Positions 39,880 to 62,845 of a stretch of 64,000 nucleotides of DNA are shown here, one piece after another. The stretch is from Chrysomallon squamiferum. Taxonomy: Eukaryota; Animalia; Mollusca. A program made the translations under genes and the position numbers. Positions within the stretch are counted from its first letter, which is position 1. Every line of letters starts with the position of its first letter. The notes beneath the pieces are model-generated. The model was not told the DNA's origin. It worked only from the letters and a program-made list of their open reading frames with translations, and ran no database searches. The stretch spans positions 20,398,001-20,462,000 of the forward strand of contig CM022665.1 in NCBI GenBank assembly GCA_012295275.1, read 5' to 3'.

Positions 39880-40598
39880 TCAGGACGTTTTTCGTCCGAG
39901 ATACGACTGGTGAGGAAAATGATTAATTTTTCTGCACAGACACGACCATTTCGATTTTGATTTCTTTTCAGTGCACGCTTTAATGGCTGCATCAAAAACC
40001 TCTGAAACGCCTTCCTTCGTTTTAGCGGAACATTCCACGTACGTTACTGCTCCTATTTTCGAGGCCATAGCTAGGCCTTCGTTGTATTTTACTGGTCCTT
40101 GTCTTACAAACAAATCAATCTTATCACGCAAGTCTTTCTTCATTCCTACCAAAATAATAGGCACGTTCCCCAAGAAATGACTCACTTCCGGAATCCAGTT
40201 TATTGCCACGTTCTCAAAACTGTTCGGGTTGACGAGTGAGAAGCAGACGAGAACGACGTCGGAAGTGGAATAAGCGAGTGGTCGTAGTCGATCATAGTCC
40301 TCCTGTCCCGCTGTGTCAAATAGCAACAACTGCCACTACGTTTATAAATAAAATTTAGTTATAAGTGAAAATACGTCGTTATGTTGTTTAGTTATTGTTG
40401 TTTGTTGAGTACCTAGAATTATATTTTTAAAATATAAATAAATAAATAAAAGAATTTTTACGAAGTATTTTATTTATTTTTATTTAACTGACAAGTGATC
40501 AGTAAGACATATCTGTTTCATTGTGAATTAAAAAAATGATCTAATTATTGGTGATATCACAAACAGAATATTATGGATTAATTTTATACATTTTATAC

Positions 40599-40645
<47 letters not shown>

Positions 40646-41253
40646 TATTCAGTTTTGATCAGTTTATTCAAAAATGCCTACTAAAACTTTTAGTAAAAGA
40701 ATTTATTTTATTGTTAACCTGAAACTTACTTTTCTCCCGCCATGTTGTACATCTATGACGTCTGTTTCGAATACTGTCGGGAAGTAGCCTTCCTCGTCAA
40801 ATTTGTCCTTTGTAAACCTCTGCAAGAGTGATGTCTTTCCGCATTCTCCATCTCCAACGATAATGAGTTTTTTACGACATGTGCTTGAATTGTCCTCGTC
40901 TGTAAATAAAGGGACACAACTCTGTCACACATCTGATAAATAAATGACTGACAGACTGAATGAATGACTCAGTGAGTTAATAAAATGCAGTTTTACAACA
41001 TATCTGTTGAATTATAGGGATTATCTGTAGAATTATTATAAACATATAGTAATGATGATAATCAATTTGGAAATCGAGATTTCTTAAAAGTTTGGGAGTT
41101 ATTTACTTAATCACTATTAATCTCATCACTACCTAATTAATTTTATTATCTGGATCTTTTTATTAGATCTTGGAAACCTTTATAAAGCAAGGTTAGCATG
41201 CTATTTATATCATTACAGAAACTGTGGTTTTTAATAATTAAAACATCTGTCTG

Positions 41254-41332
<79 letters not shown>

Positions 41333-41466
41333 AGCATATTTTTTTAAGTATCTAACTATCTACCTATATCTATATCTGTATATATACACATACATTTTGT
41401 TTGATAAGTTATACGGATTAAACTAAAAGAAAATAATTTACAAATCATAAAATAAATATATGAATG

Positions 41467-41511
<45 letters not shown>

Positions 41512-41596
41512 TAATAATTGCTAACCATGTTGTTGTTCACTTACCTCTAATTGTTAAGCAATCAAATAAAGGCATTTTTATTTTCCAAGGTGTCAT
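39880..41596 (-). CDS. Rho-family small GTPase (atypical, no terminal CAAX), ~225 aa, 3 exons
   Basis: Exons (-): 41545-41596, 40730-40899, 39880-40335. Motifs: [51 protein letters not shown], Rho-insert region, [12 protein letters not shown]. Confidence 0.9.
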
Positions 41597-42103
41597 AAAA
41601 TTTGGATCAATAGTTTACTAATTGTTAACAACAGTTGCCAGTATATATATACGGGATATCCAAAAGCTATATTTAAAGATATGACAATATTTTTACTGAC
41701 CAATAGAATTGGCGCTTTTGTGGGAGAACCCGCGGCTAAATATATATATCTATTACGACTGTAGGAAAATGGCAGTTTTCACATAATAATAATTTCATTT
41801 CATTTCATTTTATATTTAGAAAACATCTAAACGTGATCAATACATAAAACAAAACAAAAGAAAGCAAAACAATAGACAAATAAATTAAAACAAAAATAAT
41901 AATAATAAAATAAAAATAAAAATAAAACTGTAATGATTAATTATACTGCGCGATGCTCGGTTGAAAGAGTTATTGGTCTTTGAAGGTGTCGCTGTAAACA
42001 AGTGAATAAATGACTTCCGGGTTATTTGTCAGCATCACATGAACATATAAATAATTACTTAAATCCGTTACAAAGTCGGCAGTCATTTACTAACTTATTA
42101 AGT
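41597..42103. promoter_or_regulatory. Probable bidirectional promoter between the divergent Rho-like and CHMP2B genes
   Basis: Start codons are ~500 bp apart, head to head. Contains an ETS-type ACTTCCGG (~42013), CCAAT motifs (~41700; ATTGG ~41972) and local CpG clusters. Confidence 0.5.
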
Positions 42104-45100
42104 ATGGATTTCTTTAAAAAGAAACCGACTGTGGAACGTAAGTAAAGAAAATTCGTCGAATGAGAACATTTTATATATTGCAGATTTGTTTTGTTTCCTT
42201 GTTCTGGCACAGACGCTATAAGAGTATAACACAGTATTTACTAATATACTATATACATAATATAGTATATTAGTAAATATAGCAGTAGACTGAGTAGTAC
42301 TATACTTAATACTAGCAGTAGCAGTAGTAATAAAGCATTATTAATAATAATACAAATATTTATAAATTTAATTGTATTATTGTTATATTAGATGATCAGT
42401 TCGATGACTATATTTAGTATATACGTAAAATAGAAACACTGCTAACAGTTGAATGAAATCTGCCTTAGTACTGTTAATAAGATGTTAACTCTGCAATAAC
42501 TGTACATTAGTGTAATATTTAATCAAATACAATAAATTGTATGACAACTGCATTGACTCATAGTCACAGTGTCTGAGTTTGGCTAAAGTAGTAAAGATAT
42601 ATATTTATATTTTAAAGAACAAGTTCGACAGAATGACAGAATACTGAAGAAGCAGCAGAGAGATATGACGAGAGACAGACAGAAACTTGAACAAGAAGAA
42701 AAGAAATTAGTAAATACACTTAATTTTTTTATTTTATAATTTTTTATTTTATTTTATTTTATTTTTTGTCTTTTGATAACAAATTATGGATTTTTCCTCT
42801 TGTTGTTATTTTTGTTATTATTACTGTGCTTATTATTTCTATTATTATTATTATTGTTATTGTTGTTGTTGTTGTTTATCCTATTACTGTTAATAGTTTT
42901 ATTAGTAGGTGTAGCAGTAGTAGTAGTAGTGGTAGTACTGCAGAAGTAGTACAAGTAGTATACTGGTATTTATTAATTATCATATAGGTGTAGCAAATAA
43001 TTAAATTATCTTTTCATTTTATTAATATCATATCATTGCTTTTATTTATATTTTCGAAATAACAAATATATGCATACATACAAACCACAATGATTAAAAA
43101 TAAAAGTTAAATGTTCTATCAGATCTATGGTACTTTTTCTAATTAAATACATTTAACAAGTCTGTATTCATTTTTAAATTTTGTATTTTCATTATATATT
43201 ATAACTATTTACAATTTTGATGTATTTTTTTACTGTCATTGCAGGAACTTGAAATTAAGAAGGCTGCCAAGCAAGGAAATAAACAGGTATTTGTAATTAA
43301 TGTTTTCCCTCTCTGTTTTAAATTTCTTAACATCATTGTTCACTAAACTAATGTTTCACCTCAAATTTGATACACACAGCAGAAAAACAGTAGCCAAAAC
43401 TCAGTTTATCTAGAAAACCTGCTGTTCACTCAGTAGCAATACCAGCTTACTTTTATTTACTTTAAAACAGATTAGGTTAAACAGTCTAACTTAAACATAA
43501 TTTAATTAATATTATAAATATTTACAATTTTGATGTATTTTGTTGTTGTCATTGCAGGAACTTGAAATTAAGAAGGCTGCTACAGTAAACTGTACTGATA
43601 TACTTTATTACAAATTTTATGACTGTTATAAGTTTTAATCAAAATGCAATAAATTATTTGTTTGGGGATCTCTCTCTCTCTCTCGCTCTCTCGCTCTCTC
43701 TATTTTTCACAATATTTTTCTACTTCTTTCAGGCAGCTACAATATTAGCAAAACAGCTGATCAATTTACGGAAACAAAAAACAAAAAGTTATGCCATGGG
43801 TAGTAAAATGTCAGCTATAGGAAATCAACAAAAGGTAAATTTTAACATTTTCAACTAATTTTCTTTATGAATGTTTGAATGGAAGCTTCTTTTAGATAAT
43901 TTACCTTTTTTCCTTTAAAATTTAAATATCATGTTCCTATTTTCTTTTGTTGCTTTCTTTGTTTTTTTCTGTTGTTTTCTATTGTTGCTTTTATTAATAA
44001 TTTTATACCTATTCATGCTGGAACTGAAATATGACATTTATAAATAGTTATAGTGATGACCTTTCAGTATTTTTATATAGGTTCGCTTTTTCTATTTATC
44101 AGTTGATGCATTCTAACATGAAAATGGCAAATGCTATGGGAACAACAACAAAGGTAAATCATAAATGAACAAGTCTAAGATTTAGACTTTTTGATATGAA
44201 TACTTAGATACTGTTCTAGTGAACAATGTTTGTTTAATAACTTCTCAACACATATTTAATTAAGTTTCAAACATGTTGCATGTGTTTATATAGAAAAGTA
44301 TGAGGAAACTTAGGAACAATTACGATCAAGTGACAAAAATATTAAATGTTGTAAACCATTAACAGTAATAAATATTCTGAAAAATAAGTTAAATGTTATG
44401 TAAGCATACATGCACAGGTATATAGATAGACTGACTGATATACATAGAGAGATTTTGATTTAGTATTTTATAAACCACAGATGATGGAATTTTTCATTTA
44501 CATTAAAACATGAAGAGAGCAGTTAAGTAATTTTATTTATTTATTTATGGATGTTGTTTTAATTAAACTTGTTTTGTTTTATTTACTATATTAAGAAATA
44601 TTCACATTTATTGCTTTCAGACAATGACACAAATGAACAAAGTTATGGATCCACAGAAAATGGCTAAAACAATGCAAGAATTTTCTAAAGAGTCCACAAA
44701 GATGCAGATGACAGAAGAAATGAGTAAGTTGTAATTATTTTGTGAGAATAAATAGCAAGTTATAGTCATTTTATGAGAATACATAGTAAGTTGAAGACAT
44801 TTTGTGAGACACAAGAAAATTAGCTCAATCACTTTCCAAGTCAGAATAAATTAATAAGTTGTAGTCACTTTGTAAGAAGAATGAATGATTAAGTTGAAGT
44901 CTCTTTTCAAGAGGAAATGGTTTGATTTATTGTCATTTTGTGAGATAGGATAAATTAATAAGTTACATCACTGAGAGACATGAATTAATACGTGGTACTC
45001 GCTTAACGTCAGTAGTGGCTTATTTTTATATTTTATTACTCAGAGGCAGACTTTCCCATTCTTCTATATTTCATGCAGATTCCAGTGCATGTCTATTCTT

Positions 45101-45976
45101 TAAAGTTTTTTATATTTTTACCTTCAGTATGATCATGTAGTGTTAAAATGATACTGTTATTTTAATTTATTTTTCTGTAGTTCATAACTTTAAAGTAATA
45201 CTTTATATATACATTTTTTTAATATTATAATGTTTTTATAGTTGAATGCACATTGGATAATTTTTTTTTCTGTAGTTCATAATTTTAAAGTAATACTTAT
45301 ATATATATATATATATATATATATTTTAATTATTAATAATAATAATAATTTTATTACTATTATTTTTCTTTAGTTGATGACACATTGGATGACATTCTGG
45401 GAGAGTCTGGAGATGAAGAAGAACAAGACGCAATTGTCAACCAGGTCCTTGACGAGATTGGAATTGAGATTTCTGGAAAGGTATGTCATTATCTTCACAG
45501 ACCATCTATCAGTATTAATCTCATAATTAATGTAATTATAGACTTCCTTTAGTATCTTTAGAAGCCAAAGTTTATGAAGGCAACTTACAAATCTCATAAA
45601 TTAAGGAATTATAAGCTTCAAGTTCAAGAGTTCTTTTAGAAGCAAAAGGTAGGCTACCTTTATATCTCATAATTGTAGCAATAATAACTTCAGAAATACT
45701 TTTAAAAGCCAGAGTTTATGAAGTCAGTTTGTAGGCAACCTACAATGTTTGAAATTTATATTGGCAGTAAATGTGCTTTTCAGTCAAGATAATGAATAAA
45801 TGACTGTGATATAAACTATGTCTGGTTTTTTATTTTAAAAGATTTTATTTTTTTAATTTTTTTTTCAGATGGTTAATGCTCCGACAGCATACAAGGGTGA
45901 ACTTGGCGAATCGTCAAAGAAGGGTGTTTCTGATGCAGAAATAGAACAACAGTTAGCTGCCCTTAAAGATTTATAG
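42104..45976 (+). CDS. CHMP2B: Charged multivesicular body protein 2b (ESCRT-III), ~212 aa, 8 exons
   Basis: Exons: 42104-42137, 42618-42709, 43245-43286, 43733-43834, 44103-44153, 44621-44723, 45374-45480, 45869-45976. Reads MDFFKKKPTVEQQVRQNDR...ELEIKKAAKQGNKQAATILAKQLINLRKQKTKSYA...MDPQKMAKTMQEF...DEEEQDAIVNQVLDEIGIEISGKM...EIEQQLAALKDL*, collinear with human CHMP2B including the C-terminal MIM1. Confidence 0.95.
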
Positions 45977-47450
45977 CTTTGATATCATTCCTTGTCATTC
46001 TTCAAAACCCAGTCACCCACTATTCTCAGCCTGTCTCTGTAGACAGTCTTTGTCAACATAAAGAGTGTATCGACAGTTATTGACTGAAGACCAGTTTTTG
46101 ACTATAATCACAAAATCTGATCAAATGATGAAATGGTTAAATGATAATTTATCAAAGATATAAATGTCATACAACACTGATCAATTTGATGCATATAATT
46201 CATAAAATTTCTTAAATTTCTTAAACTACAGTTTTGTTTAAACAAATATTTTAGCCTCTGGCAGCATTTAACAAGCAATGATAAATACAAGATGTAAAAT
46301 GCATGCTTATTCTTTTACACAGCGTTACAGATAATTACCAGTAATGACAAGAGTTTATTAGACTGTTGCAATGTTGTCTTTTATAATAGTTGGGAGAATC
46401 ATGTTTTATTTTCAAACTGACCTGCTTGTTAGAAAAGCAAGGTTTACACATTTTACTTGTATCACTGGTATTTTTGCACATCAACTGAATTCTTGTGATA
46501 TGAAACTTAACCCAAAAGACATGTTCTGCTTTTGCCAAAACCCCCCCAAAAAAACAATAAAATGAAGAAGAAGAAGAAAATTAAGGAACTTTATTGATAT
46601 GCATCAGAAACTGAGAGAACTAAATCTTATTAGAAGTGACGATGTCAAGAAACATTAAAACTATAATGGCAATGATGTGAATAGCTGACATTTGTTGTGA
46701 CAACTACTTCAACACATGGGTGACAACTTAGGTTATGAAAACAAAAATGGTCTGTGCCTTCTTTTTGTTTTTGCTGTGTGAAATTGTAAGAAATTATTAA
46801 ACCACATACTGAAAATTATAGTTATTTACAAACTAATCCCAAGAGATGTTAAATAATGAGATAATATCATTTTTAATTTGTTGGACATTCTATGTTATTT
46901 TGTTATTTGCTGTTTGATATTAGTTAGGAACTAACCAAAAAAAAAAAAAAAAGACTCAAAAAATAAGGAATAACCATTATAAAATTTCAGTCAGTCATAC
47001 TGAGAAAATTCCAGTACTGATAAATCATATTCTAATGTTGAAAATATAGTGGAGACACCTTGAAAATGAACGTATTAAATTAATAATTATTCAGTACAAG
47101 CAGTAGCTAAAACAGTTAATTAATAAATTGTCATTAGATACTTGTGGGTACTGAATATTTTATTTGTACTTGTTTTGTTTCAGTGTGTACAAATGCTACA
47201 GAATGTTTAATCATTTTTTTTTATAAATCTATTTCCTGACTTGTATCAAGTTATTTGTATTTATAAAATCTTTTTTTTCTTTTGGGGGAAGGGAATCAGA
47301 GAAATACAGGTCTCTGACAGCCATGGTTTCCATTACAGAATAAATTATTTTTAAGTTGATCAATTATTTTGATTTATGTAACAAGATGTATACAAAATTG
47401 TCACTATTTACATTGTACATGTCATTTTTTTTTTTTTTTTTTATTTATTA

Positions 47451-47484
<34 letters not shown>

Positions 47485-48265
47485 TATAGTAACCTTCTAT
47501 ATTTTGTTTTCTTTATGTACAAAGGACATCCGTCCATTTTGTCAAGTCTGCTAATTTTAGGACAAAAGAAAAGTTACATGAATGTTTTATTGAATGACGT
47601 TTAAGCATGTTTTTGTGTTATGCGTGTTTGCTTGTCAGTTTACATGTTAAAGAGAGAAATATTATTCAATGCAATCCAATATTCAGCTGCCAGTGCAAAC
47701 ATTTATATTCTTTCATTAAAACAGGTTAGAAATACATTTCAGTAATTATAAAAGTTATGGCTAGGAACTGTATTATGTGTTTATTAAACAGGGGAATGTC
47801 ATTTTAAAACTGTTACTGTAAAGTGGGTAAATGCATTTTGAAAATGTTTTCACACCACTTTGTGTTATGTTTAATTTATTATGATCTCTTGCGTATCATA
47901 TCTGTATATATTTTTATCTTGATGTTTGTACAGATATTCACATTTTAAAATACAAAAAAAAAAAAAATTAAGTGTTTGTTATTTTTTGTAGTTTTATGCA
48001 TTGTAAAAATTAAAGTAATTAATTTACTACTTCAGAAAATCATGCAATTAAAATTTAGATTTTCAAGATTATATGCTAATGTATTCCAACTTTTTAAATG
48101 CTATGTATATTATCGCTAGTAGAAGTAGCAATAGTATTAGTAGCCATAACTGCGTAAATAAAAAAAAATTTAAAAAATAATTATGTTAAAAATGGACATA
48201 ACTGAAAAGGGAATTGTTTTGATGCCTCTAATACTTCTACTGAAGATTGATTTTATTTTTATTTG

Positions 48266-48321
<56 letters not shown>

Positions 48322-48499
48322 TTACTATGCATTAGAAATAACGTGAATGAATTAATCTCCGCAAGCTTACGGAAATATGCGAGAATATCCGAATTTACGT
48401 GGAAGAAAATATATCCACGATTAGAATTATCGGTCTTGATAGTTATTTTCAACCAATTAAAAACATATATTTCTGCGGGATTATGGTTTAGGACGAAAC

Positions 48500-57927
<9,428 letters not shown>

Positions 57928-58073
57928 TTCACTGCCGTTGTTTGTTATACAAGCCGTTTGTGATACATACAAGTGACTGTTACGTGAGTGTTTGTGTCTG
58001 TGTGTTAGAGATTATGTGATGTTCACAGTATGGATCTTTGAGTCTCTTATGTGACAAAACTTCTTTTATTATA

Positions 58074-58129
<56 letters not shown>

Positions 58130-58131
58130 TG

Positions 58132-58204
<73 letters not shown>

Positions 58205-60860
58205 TACTACTACTACATCTGTTTATTGATTGATTGATTTATTTATTTATTTATTTTTTATGTATAAATCAAATTAAATTTAATCATCATATACAACAGA
58301 GGTACATAATGATTAATGTCCTGGGATAAAAACAAATAGTTCATTGAGGTTTTTTTTATAACTCATCTGTAGTTAGCTAAATAAAATTGCTCTTTTTATC
58401 AAAACTATTTACACCGATACACCTGAGGTAATTATGACGAATGCATTATTCTGTGATTTGTAATTTGTTCCAAGTGTTTTGTAGTTTGTTCTAGTTTTTT
58501 AATGCTCAAGACACGCACCGTTAGTCCTAAAGAATAAAAATATTTTATAATTCTAGTAAACATAAATATTTATTACTACTTCTGTTAAATACAAATATTT
58601 ATAATTAATCTTTTTTCTGAGCACTATGCAGCAATGCCATTTTTGTAATATTCCATAATATTCCTGATAAATACTTGTCTGGTCCATATTATGAAAATTG
58701 CTGAAATATTCAGTTACAATGAAATTATGTTGTAAATTCAATTTCTGATGATTGTGTGTGTGAACATTTTAAATTAAAACAGATTTGTGATGATTGTTTG
58801 TGTGAAGGTTTTAATTAGCATCTTTGCCTCATTCAAGCATAATACATTAGTTTCATTCAGTGTCTATTATTTATTGACTTTCTTTTTATTATAATCCATT
58901 TACTGACACATCTCTTTTATCTGGAGATAAAAGTTTATTTCTGGGGTGTTCAGGGGTTGTTTTTTTTGTGTGTTTTTTTTCTTACTAAAGGATATGAGAT
59001 TCTGTATTTTCTTGTGAATAAATTTATCAAAATGTATTCCATAAACCAAACAACAGACAGGTGACAAATTTGTACATTTCTATTTTTTTGAGTTACAGTC
59101 TTTTATTTTTAAAATGTCAGACAAGTCTTGTAAAATTATTTATGATGTAATTACTTACTATTAATACATCATATGTTGCTGGTTGTGTTTTTGACTGTAT
59201 CTGGAAAGAAGTTGAAAATAATTAATAATTCTGTTATTCTCATATATATATATATATATATATATAGTTACATCATAAATAAATCAAATTTTAGCAGTGT
59301 CATAGAAACATTGGTCATCTTAAAACAAAGCTGTGTTAAACCAAATTTTTATAAAAAAAACTTACAAAAACACTCATTTCATGAGTGTGTTGAAACAACA
59401 CAAAGACCATTGCAAAACTGATACAAAATTAATGTTTTTTACTATTAAGTTTTAGCCTAAGATAATTATACTGACAGGTAACTGTTCTTGTGTATGTTTA
59501 GAATAAATTTTCAGTGAAATACACTTGGACACTTTCTTTTGAAACTTGAAAAACATAAAATTATTTTGTTGTATTTATTTATTTTATTATTATGATTTTT
59601 TTTTTTTTTTTTTTTTGACTGATAACTTCGTGTCCTGTCTTTTAAAATCTTCTTCAGTCTCTGAAGCTGACTGTAGAGTGTTTGAAATTATAAAAATACT
59701 GTTAATAATGAAATAGAAAACATTACGGCATTTGTCATGCCATTAATATTTTACCAGATGTGCTTGTCAAATAAATTGGGGGAAAAATTTAAAATAACTA
59801 CATCAAGAATTCTAAAAATGGCAAGATTTATATATAAAGTTTGTATAAAATAAATTTTAGGAATATATATTTTCTGTATGCATAGAACAAATGTAAAAGT
59901 AGAAATGGGTAATGTATTCTGCCAGGTGTCAAATAAAAATAAATAATACACATCTATAATATTAAAAATAATACATAGTGTAATAGTATAAATATTCAGT
60001 TTTAATAATATAAATAATGCACAGTTTTAATTTGATAATTACAGTGTGTAAGAATGTTATAATATGCACTGTAATAGAAATAATATGCAGATTTATAATT
60101 AAATAATACATAGTTATGAAACTATAAATACTACATGGTGTTACAATGTAAATGATAGTGTAATATAAATAATTAATAGTATTAATATTTAAAAATGCAC
60201 ATAATATTAAAAGATAATATTAAAATTATTATTATCTCTTCTGGAGATATGTATAGTTATTTCAGTATATTTAATATACTTTTTAAAGTAATTGTTTTAT
60301 TTGTTTATTGTTAATGTGTTCTTGTGGTGGCAGTAACACCTATTCGGATACTTGAGATGTTCTATCAGATGATATTAAATATATTTATGATTACCTAGTC
60401 TTTTGTTTACCACAATCACCTAATTTTTGAATGTATCATTCTGTTTTCATTATTTTTTACTTCACCATCAAAGCCAACATAAAAAGAGAAATGGCAGCAG
60501 AAAAAAGATAACTACAACATACCTGTTATTTTCATACTTTGTAATTAGCAAAGATTTTGTGTACTGAATAAAATAATTTAGAAATGTTGAAAATGTGAGA
60601 TTGTACCACATCAGTGATAATTATTACATTACAATGCTAATTTTCTTTATTTTTCACTAATTATTTCTTGTTTCTTGTAAATACTATAGACTTCAAAAAA
60701 AAAAAAAAAAAATGTTTCTATGAGTTTCTTTAAGAAAATATTATGTTAATAAATAGCATGTGAAAGTAACTGAATGGTTTGAAGACTTGTCCAGCTTAAG
60801 AATAAAAATTCATTAATTTCAAACATTGTTACTAAATGCTCTAATTATATATGTAATTAA

Positions 60861-61130
60861 CCCTTTTTAACTCCTTAAAATAAGATTGCAGTCTTCTTGA
60901 TTAAATGGGTGAACCTAAAAGCCCCTTGGGGCTTGTTATTTCAGAAATCATTGCGGAGGCAATTTAACATTTAATGCCATTGGCCAGATCATTCCAACTG
61001 AGCCAATCAGAATATAGTATATCAGTGCAGTTTGAATAATGAGTTACCTCTTTTAATGAGTCTTTCTTTATAATTGCATTGTAGTGCTTCAGGCCACAAC
61101 ACACTAAATATGTTGTTGTTGTTAAAAGGG
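60861..61130. mobile_element. piggyBac-like MITE with TTAA target duplication
   Basis: TTAA|CCCTTTTTAAC (60857-60871) ... GTTAAAAGGG|TTAA (61121-61134): CCC/GGG termini and ~10-bp imperfect TIRs. Two further AAGGGTTAA ends follow at ~61195 and ~61221. Confidence 0.55.
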
Positions 61131-61439
61131 TTAATACAAATTTAATTTTGTCACTCTAGTAGATACAGCACACAGCTAAATGTTGTTGGATTACAAGGGT
61201 TAATTCAGATTTAGTGTCACAAGGGTTAATTGCCATACGGCAGTTGTTGTCAACTGGTACAATCAGTTGCTTGTCTGCCACTTTTGAAATCAAAATAGAG
61301 ATTTTTAGTGTTTTAAATATTTGTTTATTACTGTAAATATAACTCGGTGTTTTGTTTTAGTAAGCACCGGAATAGTTTGTGTATCAGTATTAAATAAGTA
61401 TATCTTATTCACTTTCTTATTTATAAACACATTCATCAC

Positions 61440-62225
61440 ATTCATATTTAAACACAGTTTTATCATTTCTCTCACAAAATCAGGATGAAGGGTAGGTAAC
61501 TGCAGGAAGTAGTGTGTCCTCTCAAAACTGAGATGATTTTAAATGTGTCTGTTACCTGCAGGAACTCATGGAAGGTGGTATAGTATCCACATGGAAATTA
61601 GCGCATTTTAAACATGTTTACTACCAAAGTTTTAACATTTAAGACTTGCAGTTGAACATACATTTTCAAGCTTTGCATTAGTAAACTGTGACTTTCAGTC
61701 TGAATCCCAATTTACTCCTTCACGTTGCAGTAACATTTAGAAAAAGACTTTGTAATAATTGAACTTACTCCTTCAGAATTTGGGTTTAGACCTTGTGTCT
61801 AGATTTGTTTCTTACTGATCTGCACAATATACCTTTTATCACTACTGTACATAATTCATCTATTTTATGATCTCTGATGAAATTCTCCTAAGTGTTTAAT
61901 ATGCATTACATCAATATCTGCACTTCTAACAATCCTGATGAAGTTAAAATGTCATTGAGCAGGTTTGAAGAGAATTCTCTCAATTTCTCAAATATCAATT
62001 CAACAAATGTTCTTGTTTTTTTCTGTTACAATGGGAGAGGGCATTTCTACACATTAAGCACTTACACCTTTTTGTAATATTCCTTGCAAATATTGATTTG
62101 ATTGAAATAAAGAACATTATTAAGATATTTAGTGAGAAGTAAGTTCTTCCAAATCTTACTGCATATTTCAAAAACTGTATCTGTATTTGTCAAAAACTGC
62201 AATGCTTCTCTTACAGAGAATAAAT
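61440..62225 (-). pseudogene. Decayed coding-like sequence of unknown family
   Basis: One minus-strand frame gives protein-like text with scattered stops (QINICKEYYKKV*VLNV*KCPLPL*QKKTRTFVELIFEKLREFSSNLLNDILTSSGLLEV...ENFIRDHKIDELCTVVIKGILCRS...). Complexity is higher than in the flanks. Family not recognised. Confidence 0.3.
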
Positions 62226-62783
62226 TATTATTTTTTTTTTTTTAAAGTAATAGAGATATGATTCTAATTACATATGTTCCTGGTATTTTTAACCAGCATC
62301 TGATTGTTTTTATGTGAAATACTTGTAAAAACTTAAATCAAACAAAGATCTGATTTTTATTTCTGATTTACTTTTCACATTCCTGTTGTTGTGGGTTTTT
62401 TAATTCTAGTTTGATGTTTCCCTTTATGCACTATAATTGTTTGTATTTTTACTTATTTATTTATTTATATTTCTGTGGGATTTTTTTGTTCGTTTATTTG
62501 TGTGGTTTTTTGAGGGGTTTTTGTTGGGATTTTTTCTTTTGCACAAAGAAGTAGGTTTTTTTATTTTTTTTATTTTGGGGGGGATTTTTTGTTTGTTTAT
62601 TCATGGTTGTTGTTGGGTTTTTTTTTGGGGGGGTGTCGTTTTCTTTATCTTTTTTATTTTGGGACCATCCATAACATACTCAGAGAGGTAGGGGAAGGTT
62701 TACCTGGTTAAAATGTGAACAGGACTGGGAGGTATGGTTTATTATCCAGATACACATATTTGTTAATGTGAAAAATTCAACAA

Positions 62784-62845
62784 CAGATTGATGATCCTTA
62801 TCCAAAATGCCTGGAACCTGAAATGTTTCAGATTTTGGAACATAA
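62784..62845 (+). mobile_element. Tigger/pogo-like (Tigger4/MER46-type) terminal fragment
   Basis: cagattgatgatccttatccaaaatgcctggaacctgaaatgtttcagattttggaa resembles the Tigger4-family terminus (CAGGTTGAGTATCCCTTATCCAAAATGCTTGGGACCAGAAGTGTTT..GATTTTGGAA) as recalled from memory, not searched. Confidence 0.45.

Noticed and set aside
58038-58229. Poly-Ile ORF and similar poly-L/Y/N ORFs elsewhere
   Set aside because: Translations of (ATT)n microsatellites.
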